Part shown: positions 44,358 through 57,135 of the stretch, in pieces
How positions within the stretch are numbered: position 1 is the first letter of the stretch
Layout of the letters: every line of letters starts with the position of its first letter
Source: Hormiphora californensis
Lineage: Eukaryota > Animalia > Ctenophora
Assembly: GCA_020137815.1 (NCBI GenBank)
Contig: CM035352.1
Span: 2,046,001 to 2,110,000, forward strand
DNA: 64,000 nt
Direction of reading: 5' to 3'
Notes under the pieces: model-generated
Databases searched by the model: none
The model's input: the letters and a program-made list of their open reading frames with translations, nothing else
What the model was told of the DNA's origin: nothing
Made by a program: the position numbers and the translations under genes

Positions 44358-47300
44358 CTAAGCTCCCTGTTCCTTCTTTTGGCTCATGGTGATCTTGTCT
44401 CCCAGGGAGAGAGCCATTCCCTGGCTCTTGGCCCGGATTCTGATGTGACCACTGAGAGAGCCCGATGTGGCATCTTGTTCAACACTGAAAGAGGGGGGAG
44501 GGTAAGGGATGGAGACTCAACACAAGAAAAAGGGGTGAGTTACAGAATCACAAGAAGACAAGTTATTACAGAATACAATTTGAAGACGATATAAACTTGA
44601 AAAATTGTTTGGCTGTGTGACCACTAACGCACGTGATAACTTTGACTAGCTACGTTCTGTATAAGAGGAAAGTGAAACAAAGGGACTCTATAAGATGTGA
44701 AAGGGAGTCCTATACCTAACGTTCGCCAGGGCATCTTCCCCAAAGACACTCTTGGCATATAAATTAGCTGCCAGGAAGCCACAATCCCCACTAAGAGCCT
44801 GGGTGGGCGTCAGACAGGCCATGTTAGTACACTTGAGAAGGTGGGATAGATAGGTCGTCATATCCGTTACATTAGTCTGGATGGCAACCTTGTTCTCCCA
44901 CTCAAACTCAGCCCACATCTTTCGGAACTCTGAAATGGGAGTAATATTGAAATTAGTATTCTTAGAATTCGAACTGAAAATAATCACACAACTAGAGAAC
45001 TAGTAGGGTCCCGAAAGGGTTTCACGCCCATGGCAACCGCTCTTATCAAATTAAATCAAATCTGAAGAATATACTAACCTTGGTCAGAGCAGTGTCCTGG
45101 AACAATATAGTCCATGATATCAATGTGAATATCATTGAGAACAACACAACTCCTATCACCACTAACACCCGTGATATCGTAGACAATGTTTCCAAAGATT
45201 ATACCAGTTTCTGTGCTTGCTACCTTCACCTGATAAGAAAAAAGGGGTTAATGGTTAACTTTTAATGTCATAAAGTTCATTATATGCAGTTGTGCGAGTC
45301 AGTGTACATTTTGTGTATACTAGAGTACCCGTTTGCTGGGAACCCGTGACCTGGTAAATGGTAATTTATCCTCATATAACCGGTGACATTTGTGTTTGAT
45401 TTTTAAAAGATTAATTAATTTGTTTGTTCCTTAGAGCAATGAGTCTCATAGTAGGAGCGCGTTACAATTTTGGCGAGGCGGGTAAATCATTTACTGTAAC
45501 ACGCGAATTTTCCCGAAAAAGCGCTGCTTTTTTACGCCGCACGCGGAACCTAGAATTACGCGCGCAGTGTAAAATTTTAAAATTCATTGTATTGGTTTAG
45601 AAGCTACCTTAGCAAAAGGACTTTTAAAGTGAATGTTCGTGGGGAACTCTCAGCGGCGATTGCACTAATCTGTGGAGTCCCACAGGGGTCCCTTCTTGGA
45701 CCTGTTTTATTTTTGCTGTACATTGAGGAACTTCAGGATATTGTTCGTCCCTATGGCCTAAAGATCAAACTGTATGCAGATGACTCTCAGATATACTTTG
45801 GACTGGTTCCGAGTGATGCAGAGGGGTGGAGTTCCAGTAAAAAGACCCTAGAGGATTGTCTCAAGAATGTCAAAACATGGATGGTTAACCATGGACTTAA
45901 GTGTAATGAGGACAAGACGGAGTTTCTACTGTTGGGAAAGACAAGCTCCTTGGAAAAGATGGCATTTGATCCAGAGATCCAGTTTGGAGGTTCGGTGGTC
46001 AGGCCTATGGAATGTAAGGGGACGACAGGAAAGACCCTTGGTGTTCTCATGGACCATCAGTTGACTCTTGAGAGACAGATATTCAATGTTAAGAAACAGT
46101 GTGGCCTTATGCTCAAGAACTTGTGGCAGGTCAACAAGTGTCTTGACAAAGATACCAAGATTATGTTGGTCAAGCAACTGGTCATTTCCCGGATTGATTA
46201 CTGCAACATCCTTTACTATGGACTACCTAAGAGGATATTGAGGTATCTTCAGAAGACCCTGAATTCTTGTGTGCGTTTCATTTTCAATCTTAAGGGACAT
46301 CAGGATGACTACACAGAATACTACAAGGAGGCACACATTCTACCTATTGAGCAGAGGCTGACTTTCAAGGCATGTCTTTTGGCGTACAAGATTGTACGAG
46401 GCACTGCACCCAAGTATCTGATGGACCTGGTCCCTCGTGATGACAATCCTGAACCTGTAAAACCTACCCGATCTACCTCAGTTCCAGATTTCTTCAGGTT
46501 GAAATATCCAAAGCTCTCAAGTGTAAATGCGAATTCTAAGTTAAGAAGGAGGAGGATCTCTGTATTCCTGCCGGAAGTGTGGAACTCCCTGCCATTGGAG
46601 TTAAGGTCTGTTCACCCTGTTGAACTCTTCAAGACAAGGCTTAAGACCCGGCTATTTAAAGGGATACTGACATGTTCAAAAATGTTTGACTTTTTCAACG
46701 ATCCTGGGTGTGGTAACTGGTTGGGAGATAAAAATACGATGAGTCGAAGTGCGAACTCTCTACTCCCTCTCGTTCTCAAGATACAGGGCCCCACCTTTTA
46801 TCACTTCTTAATTGGTTTGGGTATAGAGGGAGAGCCGTATTGCAAATTACATGTAAACATGAGTATGTTTATCTATCAATATCTCAACTTTCACATGCAC
46901 GATTTTGATCGGATTTTTTTCTGAAAGTCAGAAATGTTTAAAATTTTTAGTATTTTCATATGATGTATCAGAATCATAAATAAATCAGTAAATAAACAAG
47001 TAAACTTTGCAGTTTGAGGTGAACTGGAGTGAATTGTCAATTAGACCCAATTATGATCAATTAGAGCACTTTGCCGACCTCTGAGGACTTGTAAAAGTTG
47101 CTCAAGTGATTCAACGTATCAAAATTAGTGTGTAAAGTGCCCTCACACGATCTTTTAGCATTTCCATTTGAAAAATGCAATTATTGCCAATTAGACTGAA
47201 TAATGCTCAATTAGGACACTTTCTTCACCTCTGACGGCTTGGAAAAGCCGCTTACGTGATTCAGCGTATCAAAATTAGTGGGGATAGTGCTCTCACATGA

Positions 47301-48495
47301 ACTGATAGCATTTTCATGCGATAAGTTACAGTGACGATCACTTAGACCCGATTATGCTCAATTAGGGCACTTTCTCCACCCCTGAGCGCTTGCCAAAGTT
47401 GCTTATGTGATTCAACGTATCAAAATTAGTCGGGTATACTGGTTTTGCCTTTTATACCAATTAGTTGCCTAAATTTTTCAGTTTATACTCTCCTAGGATA
47501 CAATATTCATTTCAGGGCTGAATAGTTAATAACTATTGACTATGTTATTGACTGTGGGATAAATATTAACATCTTGATGTAAAATTGAGGAAGTACAGCC
47601 AAATTTTATTGACATTAGTTACTGAATACCATGATAATATTGTTCTAAGAAGGCATACATTTCAAAAAAATCACCGTCTTACTTAGATATAGTTCTATCT
47701 ATTCATGACAAGTCTAGAGACAAATGGAAACCAAAAACGGAAACTAGAAGTGGTCTTAAAGTTTTTAGAAAAAAAAACGGTCAAAATCGCATGTGTATTA
47801 GCTGAGATAATGACATATAAACAGGCTCGTGTTTACCTGTAATCTGTAATGCTGGTCTCCTCCTCTTACCCAAACCAATTAGTGGGTGTTAATATTTGGG
47901 ACCCCATATCTTGAGAAGTAGAGGGAGTAGAGAGCTCGGACTTCGACACAATGTATTTATTCTCTCAGATGATGTCATTGAGCAATGTTTTATTAAAATT
48001 TGAGATGGTCGATTTGAATATGTCAGTATCCCTTTAAGGAAGCTTTCGTTGATCCAGAGAGCAGTAGCACCTGAGTCATCTCGTCTTTGGGTCACTGGTT
48101 CTGTTCTGGTCTGGGTTTAGTGTTCCCCTTAGGCAGACGTTTATTTAGACAGTGTTATTCCTCATTACATTTACCGGGCTTGCAGTAATAGCCGCTGACT
48201 TTTTAATAGCTTTGAGAGCTGCTGTCTTTGAGTAGCATGAGAGCTGCTGACTTTGTAATTTAGCTTATTCAGTGTGAGAGCATTTTTATGCCTATCTAAG
48301 TTGGTTCGTATTTTATGAGGCCCGTTTTTTCATCAATAAAAGTCTATCTATGGTGTGTTTAAATCCAGATTTTAATAGTGTGTGTCATAAGTAAGGAAGG
48401 TGTTATAATTTAGGTATACCGCTCTGACGCTGAGCAGTGTCAGTCAAAATTCAGTTTGCTGGCCCTGTTTTGCCTGGGCGGTATACAAAAACTTA

Positions 48496-48532
<37 letters not shown>

Positions 48533-51500
48533 GAAAATTTCCTCGCCAAAAAAAAGTCGACGAAAAATTCCAAATTCGTGAATTTAGAATTATAAGAACT
48601 CCGGTCAGTTCTCATCTTGCCAATCCGTTTTCCGGGAACCCCTGGCCAAAGGACATTAAAATTCACATAACGACCAAGTTTCATATCGATTGGATAAGAT
48701 TTTGGGTGGCTACGGTGAAAAATATCGTATTTTTGGCATTTTTAACTTTCCCGACGCGATTTACGACCCTTAAACATTGAGTTACGGGAAATCGCTATCA
48801 TGTAAAATGAAGTTCAAACGATTCTCTTTCCCCACTATTGCGTTAGTTTTTTGATTTAGAGCCGTTTTCAGGGTCTTAGAAGCGTTTGAAAAATGTAAGT
48901 CTTTTTGTCGCAATGACGTCACCCCGTGACGTCACTGTTGTAAAGATCGGATCAAAAATCTGAGCCCGTACTTACACCCGCCTTGGTCCAAAGTACCAGT
49001 GTACAAATTTTCAGGGGTCTAGCTCAAAAACTGTAGGAGGAGTAGGGAGAAAACAATTATCGGACTAACATTTTGGAATTTATTATATGGATTTGTGTAC
49101 ATTCACCGCGCGCTATACACAATCCGCGCATTGATCCTTCCACGTAGCCAGGATTTAAGTCACCGCGCGTTACGTACCTGCGCTTTGGTGTTACAGAAAT
49201 CATTGCCTGCCAGAGTTATCGGACTGGGCTTGTCCACCAGTTTGAGATCGCCCAGTGTGGCAAGCTCAAGGGTGAGGTTTTGGAGGGTATCAGGGGTTTG
49301 GTTTACAACTAGGACGTCCAACACAATGTCGTATTGGTTAACGTTAATGTAGGCCTCGGCGTAGACTGGGTCGGAGAAACCAGTCAATTGATAGACCTGA
49401 AAATGAGAGGGGGTTAGAGAATGGGTGAGGGTTAGTGGGAAAGATTGGGTGCTAAGGGGAAGGAAGGGGAGCTAAGGGGATGGGGATAAGAAAAAAGAAT
49501 TCGAGAAAAGTGGAAGGAGTAAGAACTAGGGGAAGGAGTAAAAAGTCAACAAGAGTAAAACAAGGATGGTGAATAAGGGATGAAGGATCAGAACCTATAC
49601 TACTAGCCGGGGAAGGGGATATACTACTGGACATGTATTTACTTTGCTGAGAGCAGTGGTTGTAACATCAGACTCCCTCTTCTTCGTGCCCTCTGTGGCT
49701 TGTAGGAGAGACAGCTCTAGCTCATCAACTGCTTTGTTATCGTTCACACTGTGGAGACACCAGGAGTTACACCGACAGAGAGTCACACTGCACCTAGCAG
49801 TCCCCCCCCCCACACACAGTTATCCAACGCCCTCCCACTTGTAATAGTTGGACATACTTGACAAGATGAGAGAAGTTGATAAGAGCGTCAACATCAGTCC
49901 TAACGAGGGTCTTCTCAGTGTCAGTTAGCTCCTCTCTAGAGATGCTTCCTATCATGTCTTGCAGAGAAGACCTACATGCCCGAGTGAATATCTGCACTAG
50001 AAGCGGGGACCTGAATAAGGTGGAGATAATTGTTAATTGGACAATAAATTGTTTGAAAATGCTACGTAATTCCGCCTTTTATTTTGATTCGTAAATCCTT
50101 GGTTACTAACATCGAGTATCGACTACATACTGGTACCCCTATTTACCGGGATGCTAATATAGGAAAGTAGTATTACCCGGTAAATCGGGGTTCGACTACA
50201 CTATACTCGTCCCTCACCTATCGTTAATGACCCGGATACACAAGCTCAGCCAATCAACATCATCATCGCTGATTGGTTTCTTGGGTAGGGAACTCTTTCC
50301 AAGGTGGATGATAGAGGCCAGAACCAGCATACACTGAGCAACCAGCCGGTTCCGGGCCACCCCAGGGCTCTCCAATCTTAGGGCTATCTTGGTGAGGGAT
50401 GTGGCCAGGGCAGCTCCCAGGAAGAAATCTCCAGCCAGTAGGAACTTTCGGAGGGGAGGCTTATCTGAACAGGGAGGAGAATACGGGATTAGTTAATTAA
50501 CTTAATAATTAATGATTTAATTAACTACAGTCAGACCGGGCCCCGATTCACCGGAACTCCGATTTACCGGGAGGATAAACTTCCCCGATATATGAAAGTA
50601 ACGGTATTTGACCGCGATATACCGGGCACCCCGATTTACCGGGCAAAACCGAGCATCCCGGTAAATCGGGGTCCGACTGTAGTATTTTAGAGGATAATAT
50701 TTCCGGTGCAGAGCCCTCCCCTAATTATATTACCGTCACTAGTGGTAGTAGTGGTAGCCAGGGCAGATTGAGTTGCGTATGTTCCATCAGCTGTAACCCT
50801 GGAACTGGTAGTAGCAGCAGCAGGTTTACTACCATCCTCCCCTTCCCCTCCCTCTTGTGTGCTCTGAAATATTAATATTAATAGTAAACAATGAGTTATT
50901 GAAATAACGTGCTAGGTATTGATGTATATCGGTGGTAATTGTTTTATAAAGTTTACACTTTGCAAAGCTGTCAAAGCTTTGACAACTCCTAAACATTTGA
51001 TTCCTTGGACAAGATTCAAGATTGGGTATTACTGACAGTAATACTGAGCTATAACCTATGGATAAATACCTCTCTAATTTCAGTGTCAACAATAGGAAGT
51101 GGTCCAATGGATTCATTGACCATCTCCATAAAGGCCATTATCTGCTGCTCAGTCACACAATACTCTCCCAAGATCCAGAGACCAGCGTGGAGGACAGACA
51201 GGGATTTGATTCCCGGGAGAGAACTCAGTAGTTTCTCAATAATGGAGGGTTGGAGGTTCTCAAATCGGGCAACAGCCTCTCTAACAAACTCTAGAACACT
51301 CTCCGCTGCTTTCTGAAAACATCAATAATTAATTATCAACTGAAAACTGATTTAACCTAAATCTGGGACAGTACGATACTTGTACACCATGTCCCGCCAC
51401 ATCGTGACTTATTGAACAGCGCGGTATACATAATGTATTTACCTCGTTTGACTCCGATAGGAAGTCCATGAGGACCGGGACTACAATTTCAGCGGTTGTG

Positions 51501-53327
51501 GGGAATCTAACACCGCACTGGTGGAGAGCCTTAACCAACAGCTCCTGGTATGTCTTGGTATTTTCTAAGGGGGTAGGAGTGGGAGTGACATGATGACATA
51601 ATGACACGAAAGTATGCTGCTATCAATTTTTTAAAAAACAGAGGGAACTAGCTGGATAGACAGCCGGATAGATCTAACTGGAAAAGGATATTAAAAACTT
51701 ACGCTCCTTGTCGGTTTCATTGTATGTTCGTACCACCTCCTTTTTCAGCAGGGACACGACATCCTTCACATTCCTCAGGGAGATCAGGTTCATCAGGAAT
51801 TCAAGGGTCTTACGTCGCACCTCGATATCTGTAGAACCAAGGATTCTCAGTACATCCATCGATAGCTCTTGCTGAAAATGGGGCTAATTTAGTCTCCACG
51901 ATCTAGCTTCTAACCCACCCGTGACAGAACCCTGTGATATATGTATAAAACCTGATATATTTGCTAATTAACCAGTCCAAACTATCGTCACCTGTAAAGC
52001 GAGATCGTTCCTGTGATCAGACTGCAGTTTCACCAGTTTATCCAACACAACCAACTTCACATTGTTATCACTCTCGTGTACAATGAGGTCCACATAGCAC
52101 TTAGCAGCGGCCTTTACAGCGGTGGGGGTGGAGGAGAGGGTGACAAGAGTACCTGCTGCCTCATACCTCACACTGGCGGAGTTGCTGCTCAGTAGATTGT
52201 AGACCGTCCTGATAAACTTGGCACGTTCAGCAGGTCGGGCTTGGCACACTTTGTAAATTAGCTCCACGATGACCAGTTGGAGGATATCCCCAAATGATCC
52301 GATCTCATCAATGCAAGATTGTAAGTAGGACAGGGCACGCTGCTGGTCAGTGTGGATGAGCATGATGAACGCATTTCGTTTACATGATGGGTCTTGTTCT
52401 CCCTCTAAATAGGATTGGATCAGCTCGGGGGCGTCCGGTACCAGGAACTGAAAATGGGACAATTTGTTAATTGATCTGTAATATTAATATAATCAAAGGT
52501 GATGGAAATGAACGAGAAACAATAAAATAGGCTACATTTTCGGTTTACTTTCAAAAGTTCAAATATTTTTTATCTAATTAAATAAAGATCGACCAAGTAA
52601 TTCGTACCTCGAAGCTCCTATAAATGGTGTACAGTGCAAGGACAGCGTTTCTTCTCACATAGGAGTATTTATCTTCGAGACAAGATCGGATGGATGGCAT
52701 GAGGGGCTCCAGGAGTTCAGGCTCACGGAGCTTGCACAGGAACCGGAGTGTAGATCCACGGATAAACTCGTTAGGGTGGATCAAATCCTGACAGGGGATT
52801 AGATGAGTGAGACGTGAACGAAGGAGGGGATTAGATGAGTGAGACTTGGAGGACTTGGGGAGATTTATAGAATGTAAAAAATAATGAGTCTTCTTATTTG
52901 CTACCTTTCTGTACGCATCACACACAAGGATCATCTCAGTGAGCAGTTTTCCAGACGCATCTCGTTTGGGTACGATCTCCCAGAATATGTACAATAACTT
53001 CTTGATGGTGTGATCCTGTTCTGGCAGTACATACCGGATAACATGCATCAACAAACCGGGCAGCTTCTCACCCGATTGCATAAGGAGGATGGCATTCTTC
53101 AGGGCCTGAATCTTGGTTGCCACGGATTTGGTCGATTGAGCTGGTGTAGAGAGGAAATTAAGTTATGGGCATTAATACAACGGGGGCAACAGTTCACCAT
53201 ATAATCAATAATAACAACCATTATATAGGAGCTACGTACCGACTTCAAAGTCCTGCTTTATAAGCTGTTCAGTAGGAGTAGTGGAGAAGTTAACATTGAT
53301 TAGAACAGAGCACGGCTGATCAGTCAT
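44358..53327 (-). CDS. COPB1: Coatomer subunit beta (COPI), about 15 exons
   Basis: [12 protein letters not shown]..., [13 protein letters not shown]|[85 protein letters not shown]; stop TAG at 44360-44358. Confidence 0.97.
45587..48532 (+). mobile_element. 5'-truncated L2/CR1-group LINE (RT C-terminal half), split by a MITE, with a (TAT)n tail
   Basis: [53 protein letters not shown]. The frame resumes at 48038 ([14 protein letters not shown] 48072-74). (TAT)n at 48494-48532. Confidence 0.93.
46660..48033. mobile_element. Kolobok/T2-like non-autonomous element with TTAA TSD and long diverged TIRs
   Basis: TTAA-AGGGATACTGACA...TGTCAGTATCCCT-TTAA. About 260 bp of diverged inverted similarity. 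Three internal ~150-bp tandem units at 47041, 47191 and 47342. Confidence 0.85.
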
Positions 53328-54340
53328 GACGGCGCTATTCAGTAGAATGAGGTTAAATATTGAAAATAAGTTCAACAAGAATATTTGCACTATGTTTCCA
53401 TAGTGCTGCGTTTCCCTGACTTGATTTCATGTGATCTGGCGTCTAATTAGCTAATGAGAAAACGGACACTTGAGAGCGGATACATTAGCAGCGTTATGTG
53501 ATCTTCAAAACTCTTAAAAACTTGGTATTGAAGGGTTACATAGCAGGATGGCGCCATCACGTTTTTATTGATAAAGTTCATGGAGGAAGTTCCTGAAAAG
53601 CCGCACACACATAGTATTTTGGCTACGCGGCCTCACGTAGAGGAGGGTCTCATATGAGACAAATGTGGCTTTGGGATTTCACCGCGAGAAATCCCAAAGC
53701 CGCATCTAAACCCTTTATGATCTTTTTAGCACACGTGCTAAAACGATCATCCGGATGAATGTCCGAAGGGCATTCACCCGGGCAGGGAAAAAATAGGGAC
53801 GACATGTTTAAAAATTCTACAACAGTTGCTAGAACAGCCCCAAACTAAATATTGACTTTTATTAGATTTTTATTTCCCCAATTGGCAATTCGGAATTCCC
53901 ATGGTCATAACTCATATCTAGTTATTCTAGAGTCTAGGCTATAAATTTCAAAACTAGACAGACTTGGTCTCGTGACCGGCGAAGAAATTCTTTGTCCACT
54001 GTGTCCAGGAATCACTTCTCAGCCGGGATAGATCAAAGCAGGAAATCTGGACTCGCTCACACGAAATTGGAAAATTTTAAATTCTAGCCTAGAATTTCTA
54101 GGTGTCTTGCATTGTTAACAACCCACCGCCCACGATTTTCGCGGGTTAGCGCAGAGTTAGGGCCTGGTTAGGACTGAGGGTTATTTTTGGAGTTGTCGAC
54201 TGTTCTAAAAAACGGGGCCGAGACAACTAAAGTCTGTTTCAAGCGACTTGACCCGGAATTCTTGGAATTTGGCGCATTGCGCGTGTATTTACAAAGGGGA
54301 TATCCTGAATTTCCAGGTAATCCATGGAATTCTTGCTTGG

Positions 54341-55623
54341 ACCCGGAACTTTTGGGGGGAAAGCCAATTTCATCACCAATTGGTAGTCCAATGGGTACTT
54401 GATCACCAAAAAAAAGTTTCAATCTCAATTTTTAGGGGAAGTCACCTAAATTGGGCCTAATTGATTACAGGGTAATTACATGGTAAACCCAAACCGTAAA
54501 TCAACTTAGGAATGGAGTTAAGTAAAAAACAAGGGCACTAAAATGTGTAGCGTCTTCGCATTAGTGGGGTAGGTGCCGGAATTAAGTCTCTATCTCATCT
54601 GGTTAATGAGATAATTGGATAATTAGGTCAGCGCATAGCCGTTTTGGCCATATATGGCTATAGCCATGTTAGGAAAGGAGTAGAGACAAAACCGAGGGCA
54701 CTAAGATGATCAGCGTCCTCGAGTTAGTGGGGGTAGGTGCTAAAAGTAAGTCTCTATCTCATCTGGTTAATTAGATAATTGGATAATTAGGTGTGAAAAT
54801 AACCGTTTTTGGATGTATGGCTATAGCCACTTAGGAATGGTTTAGAGAATTTTCACTGGTGCCATCTTGTAGGAAATGGCCAAGTTATGGGGGGTCTATG
54901 TCGGACTTTTAAGCTCTATCTTCAACCGTTTAGCTGTTATTTGGCTTTAAAAGTGGTTAAATGGACAAAAAATGAGCAAAAAACGCACTAATTACCCCTT
55001 TTTTTGCCCATTTCAGCACCAAATAACGGCTAAACGGTTGAAGATAGAGTTTAAAAGTCCGACATAGACCCCCCATAACTTGGCCATTTCCTACAAGATG
55101 GCACCAGTGAAAAGTCTCTAAACCATTCCTAAGTGGCTATAGCCATACATCCAAAAACGGTTATTTTCACACCTAATTATCCAATTATCTAATTAACCAG
55201 ATGAGATAGAGACTTAGTTTTAGCACCTACCCCCACTAACTCGAGGACGCTGATCATCTTAGTGCCCTCGGTTTTGTCTCTACTCCTTTCCCAACATGGC
55301 TATAGCCATATATGGCCAAAACGGCTATGCGCTGATCTAATTATCCAATTATCTCATTAACCAGATGTGATAGAGACTTAATTCCGGCACCTACCCCCAC
55401 TAATGCGAAGACGCTACACATTTTAGTACCCTTGTTTTTTACTTAACTCCATTCCTAAGTTGATTTACGGTTTGGGTTTACCATGTAATTACCCTGTAAC
55501 CAATTAGGCCCAATTTAGGTGACTTCCCCTGAAAATTGAGATTGAAACTTTTTTTTGGTGATCAAGTACCCCTTGGACTACCAATTGGTGAAGAAATTGG
55601 CTTTCCCCCCAAAAGTTCCGGGT
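54341..55623. mobile_element. 1.3-kb foldback (about 600-bp arms, ~75-bp spacer), core of a larger diverged TIR element
   Basis: ACCCGGAACTTTTGGGGGGAAAGCC... / ...GGCTTTCCCCCCAAAAGTTCCGGGT. Outer remnant GTTTCAAGCGACTTGACC (~54236) pairs with GGTCAAGTCGTTTGAAAC (~56117). Confidence 0.88.
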
Positions 55624-55651
55624 TCATCCCAAATAATACATGAATTCCATA

Positions 55652-55943
55652 GGGATCCCTAAAAAAGTTCAGTATTTACACAGAGTTTACACAGTCTTTA
55701 CTCAGTCGTTACACCCAGAGCGCCCGCGCCGCTCTGGGTGTAACGACTGCGTCTTTCGCACTCGATTTGCAGCGTTTTCGGAAACTTTTTTCGCCGCAGC
55801 GCTCAATTTTGTCAATTGTGCAGCACACAATCCAATATTTTCTTGGAAAAAGCCACTGTGCGCAGCACGCGCCGCTCTGGGTGTAACGACTGAGTAAAGA
55901 CTGTGTAAACTCTGTGTAAATACTGAACTTTTTTAGGGATCCC
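55652..55943. mobile_element. 292-bp MITE with ~70-bp perfect TIRs, TA TSD
   Basis: GGGATCCCTAAAAAAGTTCAGTATTTACACAG... and its reverse complement, in the context TCCA-TA...TA-TGGA. Confidence 0.9.
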
Positions 55944-56150
55944 TATGGATTAAAGTCCATTTTTTTTCAACTGTTCACCCAAAAACTGAAATTTGATAAA
56001 AATTAGAATTTGGGTGGCGCGCGCTATACGTTAACATGTGATAACCGCGCAAAACAATTCCGCGCACGACTTTGGGGGGTGAACAGTTGAAAAAAAATGG
56101 AGTATAAGGAATCTTAGGTCAAGTCGTTTGAAACGCACTTTAAACGAAAA

Positions 56151-57020
56151 GGTAAGTCGGAAGAACCTGTCCGTTCCTCTCATGAGCGCTCATGAGTGTA
56201 TCATGAGTGTGTCATGAGTGTATCATGAGTGTATCATGAGCGCTCATGAGACGTTTTTAGGTGTTTCAACGTCTCATGAGCGCTCATGAGTGTATCATGA
56301 GTGTGTCATGAGTGTATCATGAGCGCTCATGAGTGCTCATGAGACCTTGCTCATGAGCGCTCATGAGACATATGTCTCATCCCATCTCTGTTTCAATGTC
56401 TCATGAGCGCTCATGAGACGTTTTGACCTACATGTGCTCATGAGTGTATCATGAGACATGTCTCATGAGACATATGTCTCATGAGACGTTAGGGTTATGG
56501 TTATGGTTGGGTTTAGGGTTGGGCTAGGGTTAGGGCTTTCCTTTAGGTCTAGGGACCTGTAGAGGGTAGGGCTAGGTCCAAGCCTTTGGGTCAACCCTAA
56601 CCCTATCCCTACGGGTCCCTAGACCTAAAGGAAAGCCCTAACCCTAGCCCAACCCTAAACCCAACCATAACCCTAACCCTAACGTCTCATGAGACATATG
56701 TCTCATGAGACATGTCTCATGATACACTCATGAGCACATGTAGGTCAAAACGTCTCATGAGCGCTCATGAGACATTGAAACAGAGATGGGATGAGACATA
56801 TGTCTCATGAGCGCTCATGAGCAAGGTCTCATGAGCACTCATGAGCGCTCATGATACACTCATGACACACTCATGATACACTCATGAGCGCTCATGAGAC
56901 GTTGAAACACCTAAAAACGTCTCATGAGCGCTCATGATACACTCATGATACACTCATGACACACTCATGATACACTCATGAGCGCTCATGAGAGGAACAG
57001 ACAGGTTCTTCCGACTTACC
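56151..57020. mobile_element. 870-bp near-perfect palindromic element, Merlin-like (GGTAA terminus, 8-bp TSD)
   Basis: GGTAAGTCGGAAGAACCTGT / ACAGGTTCTTCCGACTTACC, TSD AACGAAAA (56143-50, 57021-28). Arms are built of TCATGA repeats plus TTAGGG-like blocks. Confidence 0.88.
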
Positions 57021-57135
57021 AACGAAAATCCGGTTTAGTGGGGAAAATGGGGGGGTGCGCGGCGTCGTTTTTCGATTTGCGCGTCGGAGCGCGCTGCACG
57101 TTTTGTAGATTTTGAAAATTTTTGTCGATTTCGAA

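Larger units (their letters stand above)
45320..49091 (-). mobile_element. Non-autonomous Helitron in a COPB1 intron, hosting nested insertions
   Basis: The minus strand begins A|TCCATATAATAAA (49091) and ends ...CCCAGCAAACGGGTACTCTAG|T (45320). Inserted at an AT dinucleotide with no TSD. Confidence 0.65.

Noticed and set aside
46660-46924. C-terminal 88 aa of the 445-aa RT ORF
   Set aside because: Read-through into the inserted TTAA element; the real LINE end resumes at 48038.
56489-56682. True telomere-telomere fusion site
   Set aside because: Short degenerate repeats sit symmetrically inside a TSD-flanked transposon.
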